Origin: Spirochaetia bacterium
Lineage (GTDB): Bacteria > Spirochaetota > Spirochaetia > SZUA-6 > Bin103
Length of the DNA stretch: 64,000 nucleotides
NCBI GenBank assembly: GCA_965199955.1
Contig: CBDATQ010000003.1
Coordinates: 113,594 to 177,593, forward strand
Direction of reading: 5' to 3'
Position numbers and translations under genes: made by a program. The number at the start of each line of letters is the position of its first letter. Position 1 is the first letter of the stretch. Positions 10,125-18,787 of the stretch are shown here, one piece after another. Below the pieces are notes generated by a model. The model worked only from the letters and a program-made list of their open reading frames with translations. It did no database searches and had not been told where the DNA came from.

Positions 10125-12641
10125 TCATGCGTCGACCCGTTTGCGCAGCGTGAGCCGATTGCGCTCGCCCACGCGCATGTAGGACACCTCGTCCACCAGC
10201 GAGCGGCGCATCAGCCCCGCTCCCAGGCTTGCCGGCTCCTCCGCTTCGCCCGGTCCGCTCCCGTCCGCCAACGCGGGCTCCTCCAGCGGATCGTAGACGC
10301 CTCCGTCATCCTCCACCGTGACCTCCGCCACGCCGCCGTCGAACGTGGCGGACACCGCGATCTCGTATTCGCTGACCGCCGACAGCCGCTCGTCGATCGC
10401 ATCGATCACGACCGCCTCCAGCGCCTGCCGGAGGTGCCCTGCGCCGGTCTGGCCGATGCCGGCGCTCTCGGCGAACGCCCGCATCTCCTCGCCGATGCGG
10501 GACAGGTCCGCGCGGTTGTTGCGCAGCGAGAAGCGCCGGACCGCGATCTCGTCCTCGACCGTCTCGCGGCCGAGGACGACCATGGTGACGTCGTCGAACT
10601 GAGCCGCCTCGCCGGCGAACTCCTCGATCGATCGCAGCATCATCTCCAGCGTGTCGCCGGTGCCGCGGCCGGCGCTGTCCCGGAGGCTCTCCTCCATGCG
10701 CTCGTAGCCGTACTCCTCCTCGGTCACGTCGGCCGATTCGGGGATGCCGTCGGTATAGACGAACAGCTTGCCGCCGGGCGGCACGCTGACCGCCGCTTCG
10801 TCATAGGTGAGCCCGTCGAACATGGCCAGGGCGACGCCCCCGGTCAGCGGGATCCGTTCCACCCCTCCGTCGGTCACCAGCGCCGGCGAGTTGTGGCCGC
10901 CGTTGGCGTACACGAAGCTGCCGTCGCGAACGTCGAACACGCCGTAGAAGACCGTCACGAACATGTCCCCGGCGGTGGCCTCGACCAGGGTGTCGTTGAC
11001 CATCCGCAGGCACTCGCCGGGACCGTGCTCCACCTGCCGGGCGGTAGCGCGTATGACCGTGCGCGTGACCGCCATGAACATCGACGCCGGCACGCCCTTG
11101 CCGGCGACGTCGCCGACGACGACGCCGATGCGGTTCTCGTCCAGCCGGAAGAAGTCGTAGAAGTCGCCGCCGACTTCCTTGGCGGGATGCATGGCGGCCT
11201 GGATCTTGACACCCGGCGCCTCGAAGCGCTCGCCGGGCAGGAACGAGCGCTGCACCCGGCTGGCGATCTGCAGATCGCGTTGCAGGGCCATGTACGCGGT
11301 CCTGGTGCGCAGCGCCTCCTGCAACTGGGCCACCAGCGTCGTCAGCCGTTCCTGCTGGCGGCCGACCCGGCTGGTCATCTTCTGGAAGGCCAGTCCGATC
11401 ATCTGCAGCTCGTTGCCGCTGTCGTTGTCGCCGGCCGCGTCCACCTCCACCGTGGCCGCCGGCGCCTGCACCTCGGCAAGGTCGTTGAGGATGTCCCGCC
11501 GCTCCTCCTCGTTCAGGGTGTCGGCAAGGCGAGTCATCTCGCCCTGAATGAACCGCTCCTGCTGGCGCCGGCGCAGCAGCGCCCGGCGGCGGTGCCGGCG
11601 CAATGTCAGCGTCTGCGTACGGAACGCGTTCACGGCGCGGGCGATGCGCGCCACCTCGTCGTCCGACTCCTCCTCGCTGACCGCAACGGTCGCCTGCGTG
11701 TCGCCGCGGGACAGCGCGTCCAGCACGACGACGCCCTCGGTCAGACGGGACAGCGCGCCGCGCAGGTAGAGGGTGAGCCCGACCAGCGAGGCGAGCACGA
11801 ATCCCGCTCCCGCCAGGGCGGTGATCAGGCTGACCCGCCGCTGATCGGCGTAGACGGCGCTGACGTCCTGCACCGTGACCACGCGCGCAACCAGGTTGCC
11901 CAGCTCGGCTTCCAGCGGAAACGCGGCGTGCGAGAATACCTGGTCGCCGCTTCGGACCGGCTCGGATGTGCTTCCCGGCAGCCATCCCGTCTCGCGGATG
12001 AGCTCCCAGATCTCCGGATCGGTCCCCACCAGCAGGCGCCCCCGCCGGTTCACGATCAGGGCCTCCGCGCCAGTGTCCTCCTTGAGCTCGGTCAGCGCCT
12101 CAATGATGTCGGTCGCCAGGATGGCTACCGCGAGTGTCGCGCCCTCCGCGCCGTGCAGGGGCACGCCGACCGACAGCGTCACGTTGCGCTCCGCGTCGAT
12201 CGCCACGCCGCCGCCGGTCCATCCCCGCTCGATCATCCGCGCCAGCGCCTCGTCGCTGGCAGCCGCCGCCGGCTCGAACGCCGGCTGCGAGGAATACAGC
12301 ACTTCCCTGCCGGGTGAGACCAGGTCCAGGCGAGTCACGCCGCCGGCGCGCCGCAGGGTGCTGAGCGCCGCCTGCGCCGCCCGAGAGATCTCGCCGCGGT
12401 CCCCGCCGGCCAGGGCATCGCGCAGCGCCCGGTTCTCCGCGACGATCGGCGTGCGCTCGCGCATGCGCTGCACGCCGGTCTCCACGATCTTGCTCCAGAG
12501 TGCGCGGCTGCCGGTCATGGCGGTGCGGTCGAGCTGTCCGCGCAGCGCCTGCTCGCGCTGGGTCCCGGCGAGCACCAGGCCGGCCACCATCACCGCCATG
12601 AACACGACGACGATGATCCCGATACGCGCCTTGAGGCCCAT
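10125..12641 (-). CDS. Membrane sensor-HAMP-SpoIIE/PP2C phosphatase with C-terminal degenerate HATPase domain
   Basis: Two TM segments flank a Cache-like domain; HAMP DEVARIARAVNAF; VGGDFYD, GDVAGKG, YTDG, FDDVT; C-terminal VEDDG..YDP and VDEVSY. Start MGLKARI at 12641. Confidence 0.88.
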   Translation of the reverse strand: MGLKARIGIIVVVFMAVMVAGLVLAGTQREQALRGQLDRTAMTGSRALWSKIVETGVQRMRERTPIVAENRALRDALAGGDRGEISRAAQAALSTLRRAGGVTRLDLVSPGREVLYSSQPAFEPAAAASDEALARMIERGWTGGGVAIDAERNVTLSVGVPLHGAEGATLAVAILATDIIEALTELKEDTGAEALIVNRRGRLLVGTDPEIWELIRETGWLPGSTSEPVRSGDQVFSHAAFPLEAELGNLVARVVTVQDVSAVYADQRRVSLITALAGAGFVLASLVGLTLYLRGALSRLTEGVVVLDALSRGDTQATVAVSEEESDDEVARIARAVNAFRTQTLTLRRHRRRALLRRRQQERFIQGEMTRLADTLNEEERRDILNDLAEVQAPAATVEVDAAGDNDSGNELQMIGLAFQKMTSRVGRQQERLTTLVAQLQEALRTRTAYMALQRDLQIASRVQRSFLPGERFEAPGVKIQAAMHPAKEVGGDFYDFFRLDENRIGVVVGDVAGKGVPASMFMAVTRTVIRATARQVEHGPGECLRMVNDTLVEATAGDMFVTVFYGVFDVRDGSFVYANGGHNSPALVTDGGVERIPLTGGVALAMFDGLTYDEAAVSVPPGGKLFVYTDGIPESADVTEEEYGYERMEESLRDSAGRGTGDTLEMMLRSIEEFAGEAAQFDDVTMVVLGRETVEDEIAVRRFSLRNNRADLSRIGEEMRAFAESAGIGQTGAGHLRQALEAVVIDAIDERLSAVSEYEIAVSATFDGGVAEVTVEDDGGVYDPLEEPALADGSGPGEAEEPASLGAGLMRRSLVDEVSYMRVGERNRLTLRKRVDA

Positions 12642-12646
12642 CGGAC

Positions 12647-13672
12647 CTACTCCACCACCTGCGCCACGCGCAGCAGATCCAGCGGAGGATAGATCCCCAA
12701 CTCCAGCGCGACCGACATGCGGATCACCAGTGAGAACCGGCCGAGCGAGCGGACCGGGAGGTCCTCCGGCGGCTCGCCATCGACCAGAATCCGCTCGGCC
12801 TGGGCGCCTGCCAGCTTGCCGACCAAGTAGTAGGGGCTGACGAAGCCGAGCATCGCCTGGGAACCCACGAAGCTCGCCTCGGTGCCGGCGAAGACCGGTA
12901 TGCCGCGCGCTACCGCCGCCTCCGTGATGCGGACGTCGTTGCGGGTCACGAACGAATCGGGACCCATGTAGAGAAACTCGGCTCCGTCGTCCGCCAGCCC
13001 GTTGACGACCTCGGTCAGCCGGCCGGGATCCGGCCTGCCGTCGGCGTCGAGCGGTGCCGGCGCCTCCAGCAGCTCGATGCCGCGCTCCGCGGCCTCCTCG
13101 CGGAGCTCCTTGATGTTGATCTCCGAGTTGCGCTCCAGGGAGTTGTAGATCACGCCCAGACGCTCGACGGAGCGGTATTGCAGCAGGGCGTCGAGCTGTT
13201 TCTTTACCGGCGGCAGAAACGCCGTGCCGGTGACGGAACGGCCGGTCGAGTCGAAGCTCTCTACGATGTTGGCCTCGATCGGGTAGGCGACGATCGAGAA
13301 TACGCCCGGTATCCCCTGCACGTGCGCCGTGGGGTCCGCGGCTTCGCGAGGCCCCAGGATGCCGAGCGTGGTCGAGGTGCCGAAGGTATGCACCAGGTCC
13401 GGCCGGGCGGTGCGTATCTCGGCGACGATCACGGGGATCCTGCCCCGGTCCTGCCCGAGGTTGCGCAGCGTGTAGCGCACCGGTATGCCGCGCTCCCGCA
13501 TGTGGGCCCGGAAGCCGTGCTCGACGTCGGTCTCGCCGCGCCACACCACCAGGAACACGTGGAACGGGTCTTCCTGGGTCCGGGCGCCGGCCGGTGCCTG
13601 CGCAGCCACTACGCCGGCCAGTGCGGTGATAGTAGCCGCCGCCAGCCAGCAGGATGCCCTGCGCCCTCTCAC
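12647..13672 (-). CDS. Substrate-binding protein (ABC_sub_bind type)
   Basis: Signal peptide, PDLVHTFGTSTT, SVTGT, LGVIYNSLERNS, GKLAGAQAERIL. GTG start overlaps the upstream stop. Confidence 0.82.
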   Translation of the reverse strand: MRGRRASCWLAAATITALAGVVAAQAPAGARTQEDPFHVFLVVWRGETDVEHGFRAHMRERGIPVRYTLRNLGQDRGRIPVIVAEIRTARPDLVHTFGTSTTLGILGPREAADPTAHVQGIPGVFSIVAYPIEANIVESFDSTGRSVTGTAFLPPVKKQLDALLQYRSVERLGVIYNSLERNSEINIKELREEAAERGIELLEAPAPLDADGRPDPGRLTEVVNGLADDGAEFLYMGPDSFVTRNDVRITEAAVARGIPVFAGTEASFVGSQAMLGFVSPYYLVGKLAGAQAERILVDGEPPEDLPVRSLGRFSLVIRMSVALELGIYPPLDLLRVAQVVE

Positions 13673-15756
13673 GCCGCCTCCCTCGCCGGCGTGCCGGCAC
13701 GGCTCATCACGACATAAACCGCCGTGCAGATCAGCACCAGGACGCCGACGGCGAGCATCGCCTGCCCATATGCCGTGGCAGCCGCCACCGCCCCTACCAC
13801 CACCGCTCCTCCCGCGGTGCCGATCCGCTCCAGGGTCCGGAACATGCCGACGATCCCGCCCGCGCTGATTCCCACCTCGTCGCTGGCTTCCTGCGCGATC
13901 TCCTGAATCACGGCGAGCTGGGGCACGGTCACGATCGCGAACCCGCTTCCCATCAGTGCCACCGACGCGAGCACCAGCCCGGTCGCGTCCGCCAGCGCAG
14001 GCAGCGCACACCCCACGCCCAGGACGCAGTTGCCGGCGATCATCAGCAGCCGCGGCCGCCTGAGCCGGTCCGCGGCGCGAGCGACCAGCGGCGTGACGAC
14101 GACGCAGGCGATGCCGTACACCATCATCACCCGGCCGATGTTCGACTGCGTGTTGTCGAGGAACTCCAGGTAAAGCGGCACCAGATAGAAGAACAGGCCG
14201 CCGAGCACGAACTTGCTCGGCAACGCGGTGAATACCGTCACGGCCATGAACTGGCGGTGCCCGAGCAACCGGAGCCAGCCGCGCAGGCCGCCTTTCCCGC
14301 GGCTCACGCGGCGCACGCCCCCCGGGTCGATGGTCACGAGCGCTGCCGCCGCAGCGACCGCCGCGAGCGCTGCGGCGACCAGCAGGGTGTCCCGGTAGCC
14401 CAGGCGGCCCGCCAGCATTCCGCCGATCGCCGGGCCGCACACGAAGGCCGCGAACACGGCCCCGAGAAAGCCCGACATGCCCACGGCCCGGTTCGAACGT
14501 TCGGAATGCTGGGCGACGTACGCGTGGGCGGAGATGAAGATGATGCCGTAGCCCAGACCTGAGAGAGTCCACCACAGCAGTCCTTCGACGATCGTCGACG
14601 CAAACGCCGTGCCCAGGTGTCCCGCCACGGACGGGACGATGCCGGCGATGAACATTCCGCGCGGAGGGATGCGGTCGGTCAGCGACCCGATCATCGGGGT
14701 CGCGATGAGCACCATGGCCATGAACGCCGTGATCGGCAGGCCGATCGCCACTTCGCGGCTCAGGCCGGCGATGGGCACGTATATGTCATTGAAGAACAGC
14801 GGCAGGAACGGACGCGAGATCTCCTGTGCCAGCATGAACAGGAAGAACGGAATCCGCACGTCCATCGGCGAGCGGGAAACGAGCGTGTTCTCCGAGCCGG
14901 GCAACGCGAAGCGGAAGCGCGCCCGGATGTCGTCGAGCACGTCGCGGATGCGCCTCTGGACGCCGCGGTCGAGCTGCACTTCGTGCGCGTCCTCGGCCTC
15001 CTCCACCAGGTCCGCGAACGCGGCGTTGATGCGGTGCAGCGCGGCGTTGATGAGCTGCCCGAAGCGGCCCACCTCGTCCCGGTGGCGCACGCCGAAGCGG
15101 CTGCCGAAGTCGCCCCTGGCGCTGAGCTCCAGCAGGCGATCCACCAGGCGAATCGGCCCCGAGACCCTGACCACCACCAGGGCCACCAGCAACTCGATCC
15201 CGATCAGCAGGGTGACCAGCAGCACGGTGCCGATGTCCAGGCGCAGTGCCGCCAGCTCGGAGCGCACCGCCCCCTCCTGCACCCGCACCCGCAGGGACGC
15301 CACCTGCCTCCCGTCCTCGAGCCTGACCGGCAGCTCCACCAGCTCCCCGCCTGCGGCGTCCCGGAGCGACTCTGCCGCGATGCCCCGCGCATAGAGCACG
15401 GCGCCGCTCGGATCCAGGACGGCCACGTAGGTGAAGTCCTCGTTATCCGCGAGCACGCCGTCCAGGAACTCGTCCATCTTCACCAGCGAGCCGAGCGGGA
15501 TGCCCAGCGACACGGCGTAGCCGATCTGTTCCGCCACCAGCTCGCCGGCGACTTCCGCCTTGCGCCGGACCTCGGGAAGCAGGGTGTCTTCGAAGGTCCG
15601 GGCCAGCAGCAACGACAGGGCCCCCTGGGAGAGGATCAGCAGCAGCGCCGTCAGGCCGGCCAGCCGCAGGACCACGCTGCGGTAGACGCCCCGCTCGGAT
15701 CTTTCCGGGGTCCGGTCCGGCGCGCTGCCGCGGACACCAGCGGAAGCCGAGCTCAT
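13669..15756 (-). CDS. Fusion protein: N-terminal periplasmic sensor + HAMP, C-terminal MFS transporter
   Basis: TM-periplasm-TM, then PIRLV..GDFGSRFGVRHRDEVGRF (HAMP), then a multi-TM MFS with GSLTDRIPPR and ARAADRLRRP motif-A-like sequences. Start MSSASAG at 15756. Confidence 0.8.
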   Translation of the reverse strand: MSSASAGVRGSAPDRTPERSERGVYRSVVLRLAGLTALLLILSQGALSLLLARTFEDTLLPEVRRKAEVAGELVAEQIGYAVSLGIPLGSLVKMDEFLDGVLADNEDFTYVAVLDPSGAVLYARGIAAESLRDAAGGELVELPVRLEDGRQVASLRVRVQEGAVRSELAALRLDIGTVLLVTLLIGIELLVALVVVRVSGPIRLVDRLLELSARGDFGSRFGVRHRDEVGRFGQLINAALHRINAAFADLVEEAEDAHEVQLDRGVQRRIRDVLDDIRARFRFALPGSENTLVSRSPMDVRIPFFLFMLAQEISRPFLPLFFNDIYVPIAGLSREVAIGLPITAFMAMVLIATPMIGSLTDRIPPRGMFIAGIVPSVAGHLGTAFASTIVEGLLWWTLSGLGYGIIFISAHAYVAQHSERSNRAVGMSGFLGAVFAAFVCGPAIGGMLAGRLGYRDTLLVAAALAAVAAAAALVTIDPGGVRRVSRGKGGLRGWLRLLGHRQFMAVTVFTALPSKFVLGGLFFYLVPLYLEFLDNTQSNIGRVMMVYGIACVVVTPLVARAADRLRRPRLLMIAGNCVLGVGCALPALADATGLVLASVALMGSGFAIVTVPQLAVIQEIAQEASDEVGISAGGIVGMFRTLERIGTAGGAVVVGAVAAATAYGQAMLAVGVLVLICTAVYVVMSRAGTPAREAA

Positions 15757-16604
15757 CGCGCGCTGCCGGCGCCGACCTGCCGGCCGGCCTCCCGCGCGAT
15801 CCGGCGGATCTCCTCGGCCCCGTTGGAAACCGCTCGGCTGGCCGCCTCCGTCGTCTCCGCGAACCGCACGGCGTGCGGATCGGGGTCCATCCCGGCATGG
15901 ATCTCGATCCCCGGATCGATGGGCGCCTGCATCGCATGCAGGCGCTGCCGCAACGGCCGCGTCACGAACACCGACAGGACGGCGCCGAGCAGCACGAACC
16001 CGACCACGACCGCCGCGCACAGACCGGCGATCCGCAGCGCCATGTCCTGCACGTTCTCGTCGAACTCCGCGCGTGAGAAACGCAGCGCGAGCGATCCGAC
16101 CACCTGCCCCAGGCTGTTCTCCACCCGCAGGCCGACCACGTGCGCGTCCGGCTCCAGCCGCGACCAGACCGGCTCGCCCGCGTTCCACGCGGCAACCCAG
16201 TCCTCGGACACCAGGTCACCGCGCAGGCTCTCGTCGGTGCCGTAGAGGACGATCCCGTGCTCGTCGAACATCTCGATCGAGAGCACCTGGTCGTGCTGCT
16301 GCATGCTGTCCAACAGGTCCCCGTCCACGCCCGGCAGCGCTTTCAGGGCCAGTCCCAGCGCAAGCGACGCCTCTATGTTGTGCCCGATGTCCTGCAGCAC
16401 GAGCGCGTGCCGGTCGCGCAGCAGGCCCTCCAGGTACTTCCGGTACTCGTAGTGGTTCAGCAGGCCCGTCAGGGTGACGGCGGAAGCGAGGATGAAGCAG
16501 ATGCTCGCCGCGACGCGGGGACGCAGGCTGAAGCGAACCGCCGGCGATTGCGGTTGACCCGTCGCTGCGGCATCCCGCATGGCCCCGGACGGTGCGCGCC
16601 GCAT
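15753..16604 (-). CDS. Hypothetical two-TM membrane protein with Cache-like periplasmic domain and no output domain
   Basis: TM, SIEMFDEHGIVLYGT (PAS/Cache-like), VVGSLALRFS, second TM, short helical tail. 4-bp overlap with the next gene; start may be 16580. Confidence 0.7.
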   Translation of the reverse strand: MRRAPSGAMRDAAATGQPQSPAVRFSLRPRVAASICFILASAVTLTGLLNHYEYRKYLEGLLRDRHALVLQDIGHNIEASLALGLALKALPGVDGDLLDSMQQHDQVLSIEMFDEHGIVLYGTDESLRGDLVSEDWVAAWNAGEPVWSRLEPDAHVVGLRVENSLGQVVGSLALRFSRAEFDENVQDMALRIAGLCAAVVVGFVLLGAVLSVFVTRPLRQRLHAMQAPIDPGIEIHAGMDPDPHAVRFAETTEAASRAVSNGAEEIRRIAREAGRQVGAGSAR

Positions 16605-16737
16605 GGAGCCGTGTCAATCGAATGCGTCATCGCGCCCTTCAGGCGGTTCCCACGGAAAAGCATGAGCGTTCTTGCGAATCGTGCATGTCGGCCCCGGAGC
16701 GCAGGACGTCGCCGCCGGGCTCGACAGTCGGCGAGTC

Positions 16738-18117
16738 TCAGGACTCGCCCAGGCCCAGCGATCCGGCGCGCTCGGCCTGCCATGCCTCCACCTCCGGCGC
16801 ACCGACGTCCCGGCGGTGCCAGAGCGCCCAGTTCAGGCAGGCGATCAGGTCGTCCGGATGCTCGACGCCGATCCCCAGCCGGACCAGCCGGTCCACGCCG
16901 ATGCGCCGGACTTCCTCCTCGGCGGTGAAGTACTCCGACACGGAGCGATGGTGGTTGAGCTTCGTGGCCAGCCCGTCGAAGCTCAGCGCGTAGCGCAGCA
17001 CCCCGCACATCGCCAGCACGTCGCAGAAGTGGCGGGTCTCGTCCTCGCCGGCGTCGCGCAGCCGGAAGCTCACGATCGAGCCCGGCTCGGTGTAGTGGCG
17101 ATCGATCACCGCGGCGTCCGGATGGCCGGGCGCTGTGGGATGGAACACCGCCTCCACCAGCGGATGGGCGGCCAGAAACGCGGTCACCGCCCGCGCGGTG
17201 GCGCAGCGCCGCCGGAAGCGCGGCTCGGCCTGGTCCAGGCCGTCCAGGATCGCCGTGGCGCGCCGCCAGTCGGCGATGCCGCCGCGCATCGCCTGCAGGT
17301 CCATCACGCCGTTGAGCAGGCGGACGTCGTCGGACGCCAGATAGCCCCACATGTCGCGGTCCTGGCCGGCCAGCGCCTTGGTGCCCGACACCGCCGCCAC
17401 GTCCACGCCCTCCCAGCGCAGCGCCGGCTCCGCCAGCCCCCACGGGCTGGCGATGGTGCTGTCGAGCGCCACCACCAGCCGCGCGCCGCCGGCGGCGCGC
17501 ACCTCGCCCACGGCGCGCGCCAGCGCCTCCGGGTCAACGGCCCGCATCAGCGGGTTGGTGTAGGTCTCGACGAACAGCAGCCGCGTGTCCGGCCGCAGCG
17601 CGGCCGCCAGCCCCGCGTAGCTCAGGTCGTCCACCAGGGTCAGCTCGCCGCCGAGCAACGTGGTCAGACGGCTCAGGTACGCCTTGCTCTTGTTGTACAC
17701 GCCGCGTGCGCAGGCCACGTGGTCGCCACGCTCCAGCACTGCGTCGAACAGCAGCGCGCACGCCTGCATGCCGGTGTCGGTGAGCACCGCCGCCTCGGCA
17801 CCCTCCAGCTCGCGCACCCATGCCAGCAGCCGCCGCGAAACCGTGGTGCCGTAGCGCCCGTAGATCTGCGGCTGCTCCGACCAGCACGCGGAGCCCAGGA
17901 ACATCAGCTCCTGCTTGCGCTCCTGCCAGCGGACCATGGGGCCGCTGCCGAGCAGGTCGAGCTGGATCGTCTCTCCGTCGGGATGCAGGTACGGGACGCC
18001 GGTGCGGCGCATCGCGGCGTCGATGCCCGAGTGCAGACCACGGGTGGCGGCATCCATCGCGGCCAGCCGCGGCCGGTCCGGCGGCGTTCCCGCCGGATCG
18101 AGATAGGCGCCGGTCAC
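16738..18117 (-). CDS. PLP-dependent transferase, Cys/Met metabolism (trans-sulfuration) family, divergent
   Basis: ELEGAEAAV..TGMQA, LFVETYTNPLM, ALDST, SGTKALAG (PLP Lys), LVRLGIGVEHPDDLI. Confidence 0.85.
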   Translation of the reverse strand: MTGAYLDPAGTPPDRPRLAAMDAATRGLHSGIDAAMRRTGVPYLHPDGETIQLDLLGSGPMVRWQERKQELMFLGSACWSEQPQIYGRYGTTVSRRLLAWVRELEGAEAAVLTDTGMQACALLFDAVLERGDHVACARGVYNKSKAYLSRLTTLLGGELTLVDDLSYAGLAAALRPDTRLLFVETYTNPLMRAVDPEALARAVGEVRAAGGARLVVALDSTIASPWGLAEPALRWEGVDVAAVSGTKALAGQDRDMWGYLASDDVRLLNGVMDLQAMRGGIADWRRATAILDGLDQAEPRFRRRCATARAVTAFLAAHPLVEAVFHPTAPGHPDAAVIDRHYTEPGSIVSFRLRDAGEDETRHFCDVLAMCGVLRYALSFDGLATKLNHHRSVSEYFTAEEEVRRIGVDRLVRLGIGVEHPDDLIACLNWALWHRRDVGAPEVEAWQAERAGSLGLGES

Positions 18118-18124
18118 CTCCCGG

Positions 18125-18715
18125 TCATGAAGCCTGGACGAGGTCGCACGCCTCCGCCGGCATCCAGTGCGCGTCCTGGCCAGCCCACTTGACGTTGCAG
18201 CCGAGCGGGTTGGTGAGCTCGACCGCGACGGGGTTGCCCGCCAGCAGCGCATCGGCGGCGTCACGCAACTCGTGCGTGCGCGCGTTGGCGGCGTCGCGGG
18301 GATCGTCGTCCATGCGGCCGGTGTAGCGCAGCCTGCGGTCCGCGTCGAACAGGTAGTAGTGCGGGGTACGCAGCGCGCCGTACGCCAGGGCGACGCTCTG
18401 GTCCTCGTCGCGGGCGTACACGAACTGGAAGTCCTTCTCCGCGGCGCGGGTGACCATGTGCTCGAACGAGTCGTCGGGATGGTTGTCGGTCTCGTTCGAG
18501 TTGATCGAGATCATGGCCACGCCGCGCGGCGCATAGTCGGCGGCGAACGCGTTCATGCGGTCCTCGCTGCCGATCACGAACGGGCAGTGGTTGCACGAGA
18601 AGACGACCACCAGCGCGGCGCTGCCGGCGAAGTCGTCCAGGGTGTAGGTCTTGCCGTCGACGGCGGGCAGGGAGAAGTCCGGCGCACGGTCGCCGATTTC
18701 TAGGGTAAAGGCCAT
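18125..18715 (-). CDS. Thioredoxin-family (AhpC/TSA redoxin) protein
   Basis: APDFSLP, FSCNHCPFV, YTGRMDD, GCNVKW. Confidence 0.92.
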   Translation of the reverse strand: MAFTLEIGDRAPDFSLPAVDGKTYTLDDFAGSAALVVVFSCNHCPFVIGSEDRMNAFAADYAPRGVAMISINSNETDNHPDDSFEHMVTRAAEKDFQFVYARDEDQSVALAYGALRTPHYYLFDADRRLRYTGRMDDDPRDAANARTHELRDAADALLAGNPVAVELTNPLGCNVKWAGQDAHWMPAEACDLVQAS

Positions 18716-18787
18716 CGGTTCCTCCTTGGGCGTCTCTGTCGAGGTCGAGTATTCCCCGACCTCGGCGCCGGTTCAACTGAAGCCCCG

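Noticed and set aside
10125..13700. 1191-aa ORF as one giant fusion; similar long N-terminal extensions in the ORF track
   Set aside because: The first ~350 aa are low-complexity Arg/Gly/Ala overlapping the SBP gene in another frame; the real start is 12641.
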